From IMG/VR virus record IMGVR_UViG_3300047160_035177, positions 209-64,208 of that record: a stretch of DNA of 64,000 nt; one strand, 5' to 3'. The notes below the pieces were generated by a model that ran no database searches, had not been told where the DNA came from, and saw only the letters and a list, made by a program, of their open reading frames with translations. Position 1 is the stretch's first letter, and each line of letters starts with the position of its first letter. Positions 26,963 to 36,449 of this stretch are shown piece by piece. The position numbers and the translations under genes were made by a program. This DNA comes from a virus (taxonomy: Duplodnaviria > Caudoviricetes).

Positions 26963-27475
26963 CTACGTAGCCCCGTAGAAATCCAAGAGCACGTCCGCTG
27001 CTTCGTTCGCGAGAACGAGCTGATTTACGTCTCCGCCGCGATCCGGGTGGTGCAAAAACGCAAGCTCGCGCCGGCGCTTGCGGATCTCTTCCACGCTGGT
27101 TGGATGTCCGAGACCTAATCTACTTAGCGCCGACGTCACGTCCGTAGGAAGTCGAGGCACCGACGGTCGTACCGACGGTCGCACCGATGATCGCACTGAC
27201 GGCCTACGAACCTTGAATGTCCGGCGCGGCTCTGGCTCCGGCGCCGCACGTGGCGCTGCATCAAGCCTAGTCCAACAAGCTAAACAAAGAACAATTCCAT
27301 TGCCCGATTCATAGAGGCGAAGGCCGCACGTAGGGCACGTCTCGTCCAGTTGCCAGTAAGGATCGTGCGGGGTTTCATCGAAAGATAAAATCGAGTCGAC
27401 GATCGTCTCCGCGGCTTCGTCTGCGGCGCGTTGGATCACCTGCTCGATCCAGGTTCGTCGCACGCGCTTTCGCAT
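26963..27475 (-). CDS. Zn-ribbon plus DnaJ-domain protein
   Basis: CPTC...CLAC; EIRKRRRELAFLHHPDRGG (HPD motif). Confidence 0.8.
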   Translation of the reverse strand: MRKRVRRTWIEQVIQRAADEAAETIVDSILSFDETPHDPYWQLDETCPTCGLRLYESGNGIVLCLACWTRLDAAPRAAPEPEPRRTFKVRRPSVRSSVRPSVRPSVPRLPTDVTSALSRLGLGHPTSVEEIRKRRRELAFLHHPDRGGDVNQLVLANEAADVLLDFYGAT

Positions 27476-27511
27476 CTAGAGATTGTACAAGGATCAGTCT
27501 ACCCTGCTCGC

Positions 27512-28027
27512 ATGCAAGCGGAGATGCGCAAGTTGTGGACCGATCACGTTGTATGGACGCGTAACTACATCATTTCCGCGATCGCGAACCTGGGCGATGT
27601 ACCTGCAGTTACCGAGCGTCTTCTTCATAACCAAGACGAGATCGGCGCCGCGATCGGGCCCTACTACGGTTGGCAAGCTGCGCATCAACTCAGCCAGCTT
27701 CTACGTGAGCACATCATGATCGCGGGCCAGCTCGTTACCGCTGCAAAAGTTGGAGATCGTAACGCCGCAACGCGCATCGAGCATGATTGGTACCGCAACG
27801 CCGATCAGATCGCGGCCTTTCTTGCACGTGCCAACCCATATTGGAAAGAGAAGTCGATGCAGGCGATGCTTTACCAGCATCTCACCTTGACCAAGGCCGA
27901 GGCGATGCTCCGATTACAGCAACGGTGGGTCGAAGACGTCGTCAACTACGACAACATCTACGCGCAAGCGCTGAAGATGGCGGACATGTTGAGCGCCGGG
28001 ATCTGCAGGCAGTTCCCGCAGCACTAG
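27512..28027 (+). CDS. Helical His-containing protein of a widespread uncharacterised family
   Basis: MRKLWTDHVVWTR, GPYYG, LLREHI, WYRNADQIAAFLARANPYW; start from TACCCT-N6-ATG. Confidence 0.7.
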   Translation: MQAEMRKLWTDHVVWTRNYIISAIANLGDVPAVTERLLHNQDEIGAAIGPYYGWQAAHQLSQLLREHIMIAGQLVTAAKVGDRNAATRIEHDWYRNADQIAAFLARANPYWKEKSMQAMLYQHLTLTKAEAMLRLQQRWVEDVVNYDNIYAQALKMADMLSAGICRQFPQH

Positions 28028-28288
28028 CTAGATTCGCGAATCACGAATCTTCGCCGCAGCTACGTTGAGCCAGTCCGCAACTTCCAAGACGTGTTTCCCG
28101 CCGTGGCAAGCGCGAACCTCGGTTGCCATCGCGTCCAGCTCTTCAGCATCATCCGTGTGAGCTTGGTTCCGCGCTTCACGAGCGATCTCGCTGAGCAGAT
28201 TCGCTAGATCGTCTCTATCGTCCGCGCCTTGCATCCACGCGCGCAGAATTATCTGCGCTTTCTCGTATGCCCAGTCAGGGCAGCTCAC
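28028..28288 (-). CDS. Hypothetical protein
   Basis: GTGA-coupled start. Confidence 0.5.
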   Translation of the reverse strand: MSCPDWAYEKAQIILRAWMQGADDRDDLANLLSEIAREARNQAHTDDAEELDAMATEVRACHGGKHVLEVADWLNVAAAKIRDSRI

Positions 28289-28503
28289 GCCTTCGCCTCC
28301 CGCAACATCGCCAAGAGGCCCAGCAACGCGGCCTTGGAATCTTCCCCGCGTCGAGCCCGGAACACGCAAAATTCGCAGGCTGCCTGCCAGCGGCCTGCTA
28401 CCTTGCGGATCCCGATCGCGACATCGTCCGCGGCAACGTCGAAGCGATGGGCGGCTCGTCTACGGATCTCGCTCGTCAACTCAGCAAATTGGATGGTCGG
28501 CAT
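28285..28503 (-). CDS. Hypothetical protein
   Basis: Intact ORF downstream of sigma factor. Confidence 0.5.
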   Translation of the reverse strand: MPTIQFAELTSEIRRRAAHRFDVAADDVAIGIRKVAGRWQAACEFCVFRARRGEDSKAALLGLLAMLREAKA

Positions 28504-28520
28504 GCTGCTTGTCTAACACT

Positions 28521-29156
28521 TTATACAACGGCCGTCAAGCCTCGCACGAGACGGAGTTTTTCCAGCACCTTCGCCTCGATCTGCCGCGCTCGTTCGCGAG
28601 AGACGTCCCACGCATCGCTGAACGTCTTGAGGGTAGATGGATCATCATGAAGAAGCCGACCGTATAGAATTTCGCGCTCTCGACTGTTAAGCGTCGTCGC
28701 GGCGATCGCCCGACGAAGCCAAGCAACCCGTTCGAAGCCGATCAACGTGCTTTCTGCGCTCGGTTGATGATAGTCCACCAAGTCACAATCACGTTCGTCG
28801 TCATCGAGCGGTACATTAAGCCGACTGCGAAAATTGCGTTTTCGTATCGCCTCGCTGATCGCGCCTTTGATCCAGAGTTGAGCGTAGGTCGAAAACCGTA
28901 CGCCCCGTTCCGGATCGAATCTGTCCGCCGCCTCGAGAAGCCCAAGATTCCCTTCTTGGATCAGATCAGGGTCGAAACCACCGCAGAACTGCAGCGCTTC
29001 GTGCAGAACAAACTTTAAGTTCGCGGTGATGAGCGCATCCCGGGCGCGTTTGCATCCGGCTCGTGCGCGCCGCGCGATCTCGATTTCAGTCTCGCGATCG
29101 ACTACCTGGGCGTGTGCATTGAGATCCCGTGAATAGGCTTGGGAAAGCTTTTCCAT
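28521..29156 (-). CDS. RpoD/RpoH-like sigma70 factor
   Basis: LITANLKFV, DLIQEGNLGLLEAADRFDPERGVRFSTYAQLWI, VSRERARQIE; start reassigned to MEKL. Confidence 0.9.
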   Translation of the reverse strand: MEKLSQAYSRDLNAHAQVVDRETEIEIARRARAGCKRARDALITANLKFVLHEALQFCGGFDPDLIQEGNLGLLEAADRFDPERGVRFSTYAQLWIKGAISEAIRKRNFRSRLNVPLDDDERDCDLVDYHQPSAESTLIGFERVAWLRRAIAATTLNSREREILYGRLLHDDPSTLKTFSDAWDVSRERARQIEAKVLEKLRLVRGLTAVV

Positions 29157-29243
29157 GCGAGCAAGATAAACGACGATCGATTTTTGGCAAAGAAAAACTG
29201 TTGAACGAGTTATACAGACCGTGGTACGTGATAGAATCCTCGC

Positions 29244-29840
29244 ATGACCATTACGGATCTCCTTCTTCTCGGCGGAGCCGGGTTTCTCGGCTGGAAGATC
29301 TATGAGGCTGTGCAGGATCAGCAAAGCCAGAAGACCGAAGCACAAGGGATGCCCGTCTACATGCCCCTCGTCGCCTCGGCCGCCGGCACCGCGGGAATCC
29401 CGACGTGGGCGCTCGCTGCCATCGTCAACACGGAAAGCTCTTGGGACAACTCCCCGCGCGAGAAGAGCTGCTCTGATGGATGCTCGGTCCCGTGTCGCGC
29501 TTCGTGCCCACCCACATGCGCGATCGGTCTAGCGCAACTCAAAGCCAAATACTTCGCGCCTGGAGGCGACGCTACCGCGCTGTGCGACCCCGCGACGAAC
29601 CTCCGGATCGCGGCCCAGCATCTCCGCGATCTTTATGCCCACTTCAAGGACTGGAACATTGCCTTCGTGGCCTACAACCAAGGCACGGGCACTGTAGATA
29701 GCGCGATCAAGGCTGGGAAAGACCCCATCGCGCTCAACTCTTCCTACGTCAGCAAGACCGTCTCGGCTGCCCAACGCTACGGCGCCGGTAGCGCCCTAGC
29801 TGGTAGTTTGCGTCTTCCTTCACTGTTCAGGGTCGCATGA
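29244..29840 (+). CDS. Membrane-anchored lytic transglycosylase (SLT family)
   Basis: N-terminal hydrophobic anchor; AIVNTESS, GLAQL, AYNQG. Confidence 0.85.
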   Translation: MTITDLLLLGGAGFLGWKIYEAVQDQQSQKTEAQGMPVYMPLVASAAGTAGIPTWALAAIVNTESSWDNSPREKSCSDGCSVPCRASCPPTCAIGLAQLKAKYFAPGGDATALCDPATNLRIAAQHLRDLYAHFKDWNIAFVAYNQGTGTVDSAIKAGKDPIALNSSYVSKTVSAAQRYGAGSALAGSLRLPSLFRVA

Positions 29841-30721
29841 AAATCGACAAAATTCTGTTCTCCGTCTCCGAGCCCGAGGAGTACTCCTCCTTCTGGAACA
29901 TGCAATCTCGGATCTGGCGCTCGATGGGAATCGAGCCCGTGTGTCTTCTCTTCGGCAAGAAGGCAAACACCGACATGACCGAGGAATACGGGAAGATCAT
30001 TGAGCGGGAGTTTTTCCCCGATCTCCCTTGGTCTGTTCAACTCGTGTGGTCGAAGTTTGACTACCCAACCGAAGAACCCGAAACAACTTGGCTCATCGGG
30101 GACATGGATCTTGTTCCGCTTCAACGAGCCCATTTCACCAAGAAGATCGAAGAAACCGATCCTAACCACATAGCGCATCTTAACGCGGGAGGCATCTCCC
30201 AACCGCGCCTCGGCAGTATCGACGGTTTCTTGACCCAAGGCCCCCAACGCTTCCGCAAGGATCATGGCCAAACCGGCGGTGCTGATCTACCGGGCCACTA
30301 CTGGGCCATGAAGGGCAAGCACTTCGGGATCTTCTCGCAAGGGCGTTCCTTCTGGGATCAGGTGAACCATATCATTTCATCGAATCGCTACGGCCTTGGG
30401 CCCATGGACGGGAAGCCTCCGCCCCACGCGGTCGGCGAAAAGTACTGGCACTTCTGGTGCTGCGAAGAGAATTACACTTCTGAACTACTCTGGAACGCGT
30501 TAAAAGAAGGCAGGGTTGCTTTCGATCCTCTCTATTACAACAACAACCACAACCGCGAACGCATCGATCGCAGCAACTGGAACGAGGCGCACAAGACGTA
30601 TCGCCCGGATATGAAACGAATCGCTGCTAAGCAGATCGTCGACATCCACTGTTGCCGTCCCTACAAGCGACAGAAGGACGAACTGGAGAAGATGATCGAA
30701 GCCTCGGGCGTGCTGGGATGA
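29837..30721 (+). CDS. Glycosyltransferase-like protein (GT-A?)
   Basis: WLIGDMD DxD motif; lies within a glycan locus. Confidence 0.55.
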   Translation: MKIDKILFSVSEPEEYSSFWNMQSRIWRSMGIEPVCLLFGKKANTDMTEEYGKIIEREFFPDLPWSVQLVWSKFDYPTEEPETTWLIGDMDLVPLQRAHFTKKIEETDPNHIAHLNAGGISQPRLGSIDGFLTQGPQRFRKDHGQTGGADLPGHYWAMKGKHFGIFSQGRSFWDQVNHIISSNRYGLGPMDGKPPPHAVGEKYWHFWCCEENYTSELLWNALKEGRVAFDPLYYNNNHNRERIDRSNWNEAHKTYRPDMKRIAAKQIVDIHCCRPYKRQKDELEKMIEASGVLG

Positions 30722-31200
30722 TCATCTATGCCCATCGCGGCAATCTCGATGGTCCCGAAGAAAACAACGAGAATAGGCCTTCACAGATTGAACGAGCTTT
30801 GGAAGCGGGGTTCTACGCCGAAGTCGACATTCGCCGTAGCTACAGCGGTTTCTGGTTCGGCCACGACGGGGCGGACTACCGCGTGGAAGACGATTGGATC
30901 AACGAGCGTCGAGATCGTCTTCTTCTGCACGTGAAGGACTTCGAAACCCTGCAATACATCGCGGATCGGCGGCTTGCGTGGCACTTCATCTGCCACGCTT
31001 CGGATCCCTACACCATCACAAGCCGGTCGCATGTTTGGTTGCACGATATCCGCAAACTTGTGCCAGACGATCGCACCGTGGTTCCGCTTCTGTCGCTCGA
31101 ACAGCTACGCGCATATCCCTACATCAAAGTCGTAGGTGGGATCTGCACTGATTATCCCTACGAAGCGCACATTCTCACAACCTGGCAGAGCGTAGCGTGA
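30718..31200 (+). CDS. Glycerophosphodiester phosphodiesterase-like protein
   Basis: IYAHRGN...EN...EVD...GHD; GICTDY. Confidence 0.75.
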   Translation: MIIYAHRGNLDGPEENNENRPSQIERALEAGFYAEVDIRRSYSGFWFGHDGADYRVEDDWINERRDRLLLHVKDFETLQYIADRRLAWHFICHASDPYTITSRSHVWLHDIRKLVPDDRTVVPLLSLEQLRAYPYIKVVGGICTDYPYEAHILTTWQSVA

Positions 31201-32030
31201 CGATCGTTATCCCGATGGGTGGTACGGGCGCTCGTTTCCTCGCCGAGCGCTACGTTCCTCCGAAGCCGCTTATCCGCTTACTGCCCGATCGCCGCATGAT
31301 CATCGAGCATGTCCTGGACATGTTTCCCGACAACGGCGAGCGCCTGATTTTCGTCTGCAATGAACATCATCTTGCCGAAACGCACATGGAAGAAGTGCTC
31401 AAGAAGCTGCGTCCCAACGCCATCATTGTTCCCATCGCGCCGCACAAAAAGGGCCCGGTGTGGACCGTTAAGGCAGCCTTCGATCACATCGATCCAAGCG
31501 AAGAAGTGATTGTCTCTTACTGCGATGGAACCGTGAATCTAGATCGCGAGAGGCTATCTCAACACGTCAAGGATCAGAAACTTGATGGGTGCCTGATCAC
31601 TCACACGGGCTTTCATCCTCATGTGCTCTCGAAAACCACCAAGATGGCTTTCGTCAAGCCCACCGGAAATCACATCGAACAAGTGAAAGAGAAAGAGAGC
31701 TACACGAACGATCCGCAAAGCGAACACGCCTCGTCTGGCGTTTACTGGTTCCAAAGTGGCGAGATCGTCAAGATGTACTTCGAAGAGTACTTAAATAGCC
31801 AAAAAGGTACCTACAACGGCGAGCATTACGTCACGCTCGTCTACAACCTGATGATCCGCGACGGGCTGCGCGTGGGCTACTTCGACACAAGTCATGTCGC
31901 GATTCTCGGCACGCCCGACGAAGTTCGCAACTTCGAGGCATGGGCTGCCATTCTCGGAGGCGCGCAGGTTCGAAATGAAGAAGACTTGGTGCGCTGCTAC
32001 CGTTATTGGAAGCAATACCACCAGCGATGA
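31197..32030 (+). CDS. Sugar or alcohol-phosphate nucleotidyltransferase
   Basis: IVIPMGGTGARF...PKPLI; VSYCD; KEK...ASSGVYWF. Confidence 0.8.
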   Translation: MTIVIPMGGTGARFLAERYVPPKPLIRLLPDRRMIIEHVLDMFPDNGERLIFVCNEHHLAETHMEEVLKKLRPNAIIVPIAPHKKGPVWTVKAAFDHIDPSEEVIVSYCDGTVNLDRERLSQHVKDQKLDGCLITHTGFHPHVLSKTTKMAFVKPTGNHIEQVKEKESYTNDPQSEHASSGVYWFQSGEIVKMYFEEYLNSQKGTYNGEHYVTLVYNLMIRDGLRVGYFDTSHVAILGTPDEVRNFEAWAAILGGAQVRNEEDLVRCYRYWKQYHQR

Positions 32031-32935
32031 CGCGTATTCGACGCGTTGTCCGAGGCGTCAAGCGTAAGCTGTTTCAGAAACCGAAGCCAGCGCCTCCGAC
32101 ACTTCCAGTCCCAGTTGTCGTTGCCTCTCGCCCACGTCCGACCGCAGAACGCACGTGTATCACGTGGGGCAACCCGACGAGCAGCGGCCTCGGCGACCGT
32201 TTTATGGATCTCGTTTTGCTGCTCGCGTATGCACGGATCGAGCAGCTAACGTTGAACATTTCGAGTTGGCCGAAGCATTATGGATCATCGAGGATGCTCG
32301 ATTTCCGTTCGAAGGACACAGCGTTGGAGATCGTCAAGAATTACATCCGATTCCCACCCGACATTCGATTCGATGCCACTTGCGAACACGTTTTCAAGCC
32401 GTACATCGGAGGCGGTGCGAGTTTGGGCGGTTTCTACGAGTCTTATCTTTCAAGCAAGTGTTCACAGAAGCACTTCGAGCGTTGTGTTTCCGACGCGGCT
32501 AAGGACTTCTCGTTCTGCGATGAGATTCTAAATTTCCTCGCGAAGCTGCCTTCTCGACTCGTAGGGATCCACGTCCGACGGAGTGATAAGTTCCAGGTTG
32601 GTGTTGATGACGGAACGGTAATGCCGACGAGTAAGCTCGATCGAATCAACGAGCTAACATATCGAGCTATCGATCGATTTCGTGATGCCAGCTTCTTCGT
32701 TTGCGGCGACGAAGATTCAAAGGCCGATGTATTTCGCGAATATGCGCGTAGTCGTGGGCAATTGATCACGATCCCGTCGATGCCGAAGCACGAGGCCAGC
32801 TTTTACGATCTGGCGGTTCTCAGCCGTTGCGATCCGGTGCTCGTCTCGCACACAGGTTCTAACTTCAGTCGCTTTGCCAGTATGATCGGCGGGCACACTT
32901 TCGCATCAGTTACTGCGTTGCCATCCAACCTATAG
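32027..32935 (+). CDS. Fucosyltransferase-like GT-B glycosyltransferase
   Basis: SGLGDR, GIHVRRSDK, FFVCGD, DLAVLSRC, SNFS. Confidence 0.7.
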   Translation: MTRIRRVVRGVKRKLFQKPKPAPPTLPVPVVVASRPRPTAERTCITWGNPTSSGLGDRFMDLVLLLAYARIEQLTLNISSWPKHYGSSRMLDFRSKDTALEIVKNYIRFPPDIRFDATCEHVFKPYIGGGASLGGFYESYLSSKCSQKHFERCVSDAAKDFSFCDEILNFLAKLPSRLVGIHVRRSDKFQVGVDDGTVMPTSKLDRINELTYRAIDRFRDASFFVCGDEDSKADVFREYARSRGQLITIPSMPKHEASFYDLAVLSRCDPVLVSHTGSNFSRFASMIGGHTFASVTALPSNL

Positions 32936-33839
32936 CAGCTTCGATCTCCCGGAGCGGCCTCGTTTCGGGCAAAGTATCGTAGAAGGCGCAAGGGTTCTCC
33001 ACGTTGAATCCCGACACCCCTGCATAGGCGGCAAAGTTATCTGCTTCCGAAAGCGCCAACCGCGGTACGTCTTTGATCGATTCCAACGGCAGGCTCGACG
33101 TCGGTTTTCCTGCCAGTTGATGCACCAGCATGTGATCGCCAACGTAAGGGCCGATCACCCGGTTCAAAAAGTTTTGGTCGGCTCCGTGGGCACTCCATAC
33201 GACCGAGTCCGAGGCGACAAACTGATCCCAGCTCGGCCAACGTTCACGGATCTTGTCGACTCGATAGGCAGAGAGCCCACCCATGAGGCCCGCATGCGCG
33301 ACGTTGTCCAGCAAGCAGTGCGCCCACGCTCCTGAAGCAACGAATGCTTCTAGCGTGACACGGTCGCGCACCATCGGTAACGCATCGATGTCTCGGCAGG
33401 CGACGATCTCTGCGCCTTCTTCGAACCAGATCGGACGCATTCGCCACAGCATCCCGCGGCAAAGCTCGCCCGGGTGTCCAAGGCTGCGCAGCTTCAACAT
33501 GCCCGCTTCTTCTGCGCGTTTCAGCACCGCACCGTACGGATGCGCCATCAACGAATCGTCGTGGTGGATAACTACCGTCCATGATGGAAACAACGTCAGG
33601 CACGCCCGCAGAACCGCGGGCACCGAACGATGGTAGAGTCCCAACGCGCGTTCATCATCCGGCCGCATCTGGAAAACGGCGTAGCTCAGAATCCGTTTTC
33701 CATCACGCGGTCCCGCTTCGGCCAACCGGCCAATTTCCATGGGTTTCGGCAACGGCGCTCGACTGGGTAGATAAGAAATGTGAGGCGTGTGTTTCAGCTT
33801 CACTTGCGATCGGCGATCCATCGTTCGTAGCTTTCTCAT
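32910..33839 (-). CDS. Uncharacterised glycosyltransferase-like protein
   Basis: ILSYAVF, GMLWR, CRDIDA, H...MGG pattern. Confidence 0.6.
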   Translation of the reverse strand: MRKLRTMDRRSQVKLKHTPHISYLPSRAPLPKPMEIGRLAEAGPRDGKRILSYAVFQMRPDDERALGLYHRSVPAVLRACLTLFPSWTVVIHHDDSLMAHPYGAVLKRAEEAGMLKLRSLGHPGELCRGMLWRMRPIWFEEGAEIVACRDIDALPMVRDRVTLEAFVASGAWAHCLLDNVAHAGLMGGLSAYRVDKIRERWPSWDQFVASDSVVWSAHGADQNFLNRVIGPYVGDHMLVHQLAGKPTSSLPLESIKDVPRLALSEADNFAAYAGVSGFNVENPCAFYDTLPETRPLREIEAAIGWMATQ

Positions 33840-35278
33840 GCTCGACGTTGAATTCCTCGAGGCGGTGCGACGGGATTCTGATGGTGGGTCAAAGATCCCA
33901 TGGTAGAGAAACGATAGTAGTACAAGACTCGGTCAATACGGGTCTCCGAATGCAGCAATCTACGAAGGCGGCCGCTCCAATTCGCGTCTTCTCCGAAGTT
34001 GATCTCGGGGAACTTCACTTGCGCGGCTAACTCTCGCTTGATTGCGCACAGATGATTCGGCCTTCGTTCGTATCCCCACGATACAGTACGATCATCGAGA
34101 TGTAGCCCAAACTGAAAGCGCCGCGGTAGCCGACCGTCCGTGGTCATTTCTCCATCGAAGGTGACACAGTCGGTACCTTTCGAGGCAGCTTCAACGATAG
34201 CGTCCAAGTAATCGGAAGCGATCTCGTCATCGTCATCGATGAAGATCACATATCTCCCCAACGCCTCCGCGATGAGCTGATTCCGTTTCTGGCCCACCTT
34301 CATACGACCATCATCGAGAAGCGATCGGATCTCAATATCGGTACGCTCCAACGCTTGGCCTTTGAGATCGTCGATCAGGCGGGAAAACATCGGCCCACGA
34401 GCGAGAACCGTCGGGATGAGCACGCTCAACAAAGGCTCCGTTCCAGCGTGTTCGACATGGCTGGACAAGTTCAACACGCTCGACGGTGTTTCCTTTGGGA
34501 ATCCTTTCAACCGTCGACGGAAGTAGGTATCTCGATCTGCAGCGAAAAATCGATCATTGCGCACGTACAGCGCATCACGACCGCGGCCAACGTTCGAGGG
34601 ATGCTCGTGACGCGCCAGCACAACGGGAAGCGAGTAGAGCTTGCCCGTCTTGCGCGCTACGTCGGTGTATTCGTTGTCGCACCACAGGGACTTGTAATCT
34701 GGATGGTAGACGTAGCCCCACGACTCCCACAGCTTCCGGCCCATCACAGGCAACGTGCAGATGTCCCGCCGGTAGCCGTCGCTGTAGTGGATCGCCCCAT
34801 CGAGATCAGGAAATTTTCCCAACATATCTTCGACGGCCCGGGCGTCGTACCCATCGATCTGGGGCATCATGTCGTCCGAAGCGACGATGAGCACATCGAA
34901 GTCGCGGCCCGCGATGTCTCGGTTCACGGCATCGATTTTGTTTTCCGATTTCCCTATCACCACGACAACCGACGGATCGCAAGCCTTCGCTTTGTCTAAA
35001 ACGTCCAACGTCGCTTGATCATCTTCGTCTACGGAGACGAGAAATTCTACCGAGTGATATCGGGATCTCAGCTCGATCCAACGACTTAGACAAACAAGAA
35101 ACTTCTGTGGCCGAGCCCGAGTAGGCAACTTCACCAGTACCCGACGCGGTGAAATTTCTCGATTTACCTGGTGAATCGAGGCCTTTTCGGCCTCCGTCGT
35201 CGAAGCCACATACCGCAACGGTCCATGTTGCATGCCCACTTTGAGGCGTCGATTCACGGCCCGATGGTATCGTTTCAT
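33836..35278 (-). CDS. Tandem two-domain GT2 glycosyltransferase
   Basis: LPTRARP...ASDDM and LSVLIPT...FIDDDD...GED. Confidence 0.8.
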   Translation of the reverse strand: MKRYHRAVNRRLKVGMQHGPLRYVASTTEAEKASIHQVNREISPRRVLVKLPTRARPQKFLVCLSRWIELRSRYHSVEFLVSVDEDDQATLDVLDKAKACDPSVVVVIGKSENKIDAVNRDIAGRDFDVLIVASDDMMPQIDGYDARAVEDMLGKFPDLDGAIHYSDGYRRDICTLPVMGRKLWESWGYVYHPDYKSLWCDNEYTDVARKTGKLYSLPVVLARHEHPSNVGRGRDALYVRNDRFFAADRDTYFRRRLKGFPKETPSSVLNLSSHVEHAGTEPLLSVLIPTVLARGPMFSRLIDDLKGQALERTDIEIRSLLDDGRMKVGQKRNQLIAEALGRYVIFIDDDDEIASDYLDAIVEAASKGTDCVTFDGEMTTDGRLPRRFQFGLHLDDRTVSWGYERRPNHLCAIKRELAAQVKFPEINFGEDANWSGRLRRLLHSETRIDRVLYYYRFSTMGSLTHHQNPVAPPRGIQRRA

Positions 35279-35301
35279 TCACGAGCGTGCTAGCTTGACG
35301 T

Positions 35302-35556
35302 ATGGCCAAATCTGCCGCTCTTGCTCGTCCGGTGCAGCCCGATGACGTTCTCGCTGACATCATCGGCAGTGATCGCCCGATGCCCCGAACCCAGATCGTG
35401 AAAAAGGTTTGGGACTACATCAAGAAGCACGGCCTGCAGGATCCCGACGACAAGCGCGTGATCGTTGCTGACAGCCTTCTTCGCGATCTGTTCAATGGGA
35501 AGAAAGAATCGACGATGTTGCAGTTAGCCGGCTACATCTCGAAGCATGTCGACTGA
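35302..35556 (+). CDS. SWIB/MDM2 domain protein
   Basis: LADIIG...PRTQIVKKVWDYIKKHGLQDPDDKRVIVADSLL. Confidence 0.9.
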   Translation: MAKSAALARPVQPDDVLADIIGSDRPMPRTQIVKKVWDYIKKHGLQDPDDKRVIVADSLLRDLFNGKKESTMLQLAGYISKHVD

Positions 35557-35989
35557 TCAAGAATCTTTCGCTAGTCGCCTCGTCGGCTCAACGGGGGTCT
35601 TCGCGGTTTTCTTCGCGGCGTGTGCGCTTCTCGGCCAGCATCATCTCCCAAGCACACCGTCGCTTTCGCTCTTCCTGCTCGCTGCGTACGCGCTCACGGC
35701 CATCGTTGTAGACAGCAAGATCGCTTGGCCTTTCAGTGAGCTGGCTGGAAAGATTCCGATCTTCGGTCCCGGGCTCTACTCAGAAGACAAGGATGGGACG
35801 CAGAGCGGCTTGCTTTCCTGCGCTATGTGCACGGGAATGTGGACCGGAGCAGCCCTCGCGGCCGCGGGAATCTCGATCTACCCGATCGGCGATGGCCTTC
35901 TCGGCGCACGGGATCTCGTCGTTCATGGAATCATTTCTTCGGGTGCTTCCTTCGCAGGCCACCTTGTGGTTGAAAAACTGAAGAAATGA
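35546..35989 (+). CDS. Multi-pass membrane protein (DUF1360-like)
   Basis: LLSCAMCTGMW motif; several TM segments. Confidence 0.6.
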   Translation: MSTDQESFASRLVGSTGVFAVFFAACALLGQHHLPSTPSLSLFLLAAYALTAIVVDSKIAWPFSELAGKIPIFGPGLYSEDKDGTQSGLLSCAMCTGMWTGAALAAAGISIYPIGDGLLGARDLVVHGIISSGASFAGHLVVEKLKK

Positions 35990-36003
35990 GAAACTAGCAC
36001 CGC

Positions 36004-36237
36004 GTGGATCTCGACGCGGCGCTTGCATTTATACGCGAACTGGGGCCCGTAGCAGGCTTCCCGATCCTCGTTGCGTTGTGGTTCATGCTGCGTCTAGAAC
36101 GCAGGCTAGAACACATTTCCAACGCTCAGGAAAAGCTCCTAGTCACCCAAGCGGTGCTCCTCCGCACCTTCGACTCTCTTGACGGAAGCGCCGTTCACGG
36201 TTTGATCTCAGGCGAGACAGAGGAGATCAAGCGATGA
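36004..36237 (+). CDS. YvrJ-like putative holin
   Basis: GFPILVALWFMLRLERRL. Confidence 0.55.
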   Translation: MDLDAALAFIRELGPVAGFPILVALWFMLRLERRLEHISNAQEKLLVTQAVLLRTFDSLDGSAVHGLISGETEEIKR

Positions 36238-36449
36238 ACGTCGTGGCGTGGATCTTGGGTCTGGCGCTTCTCGGCACGCTTATTGCTCTCGAGATTCGCG
36301 TCTCGCGCCGTCTACGCGCGAAGGAGCGCGCTATCCAGACTGAGATCGACAAGATCGCCGAAGTGATCGACGCGAGATTCCAGCGTCAGTATGGCCGCAA
36401 GAGCGCCACGCTCGCCCAGCATTTCCCGCGACTAGGAGCCGGGCAGTGA
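36234..36449 (+). CDS. Small N-anchored membrane protein
   Basis: N-terminal TM; coupled. Confidence 0.55.
   Translation: MNVVAWILGLALLGTLIALEIRVSRRLRAKERAIQTEIDKIAEVIDARFQRQYGRKSATLAQHFPRLGAGQ

Noticed and set aside
27159-27206. Four degenerate 12-bp tandem repeats
   Set aside because: They encode a VRPS linker inside the DnaJ protein; ordinary low-complexity coding sequence
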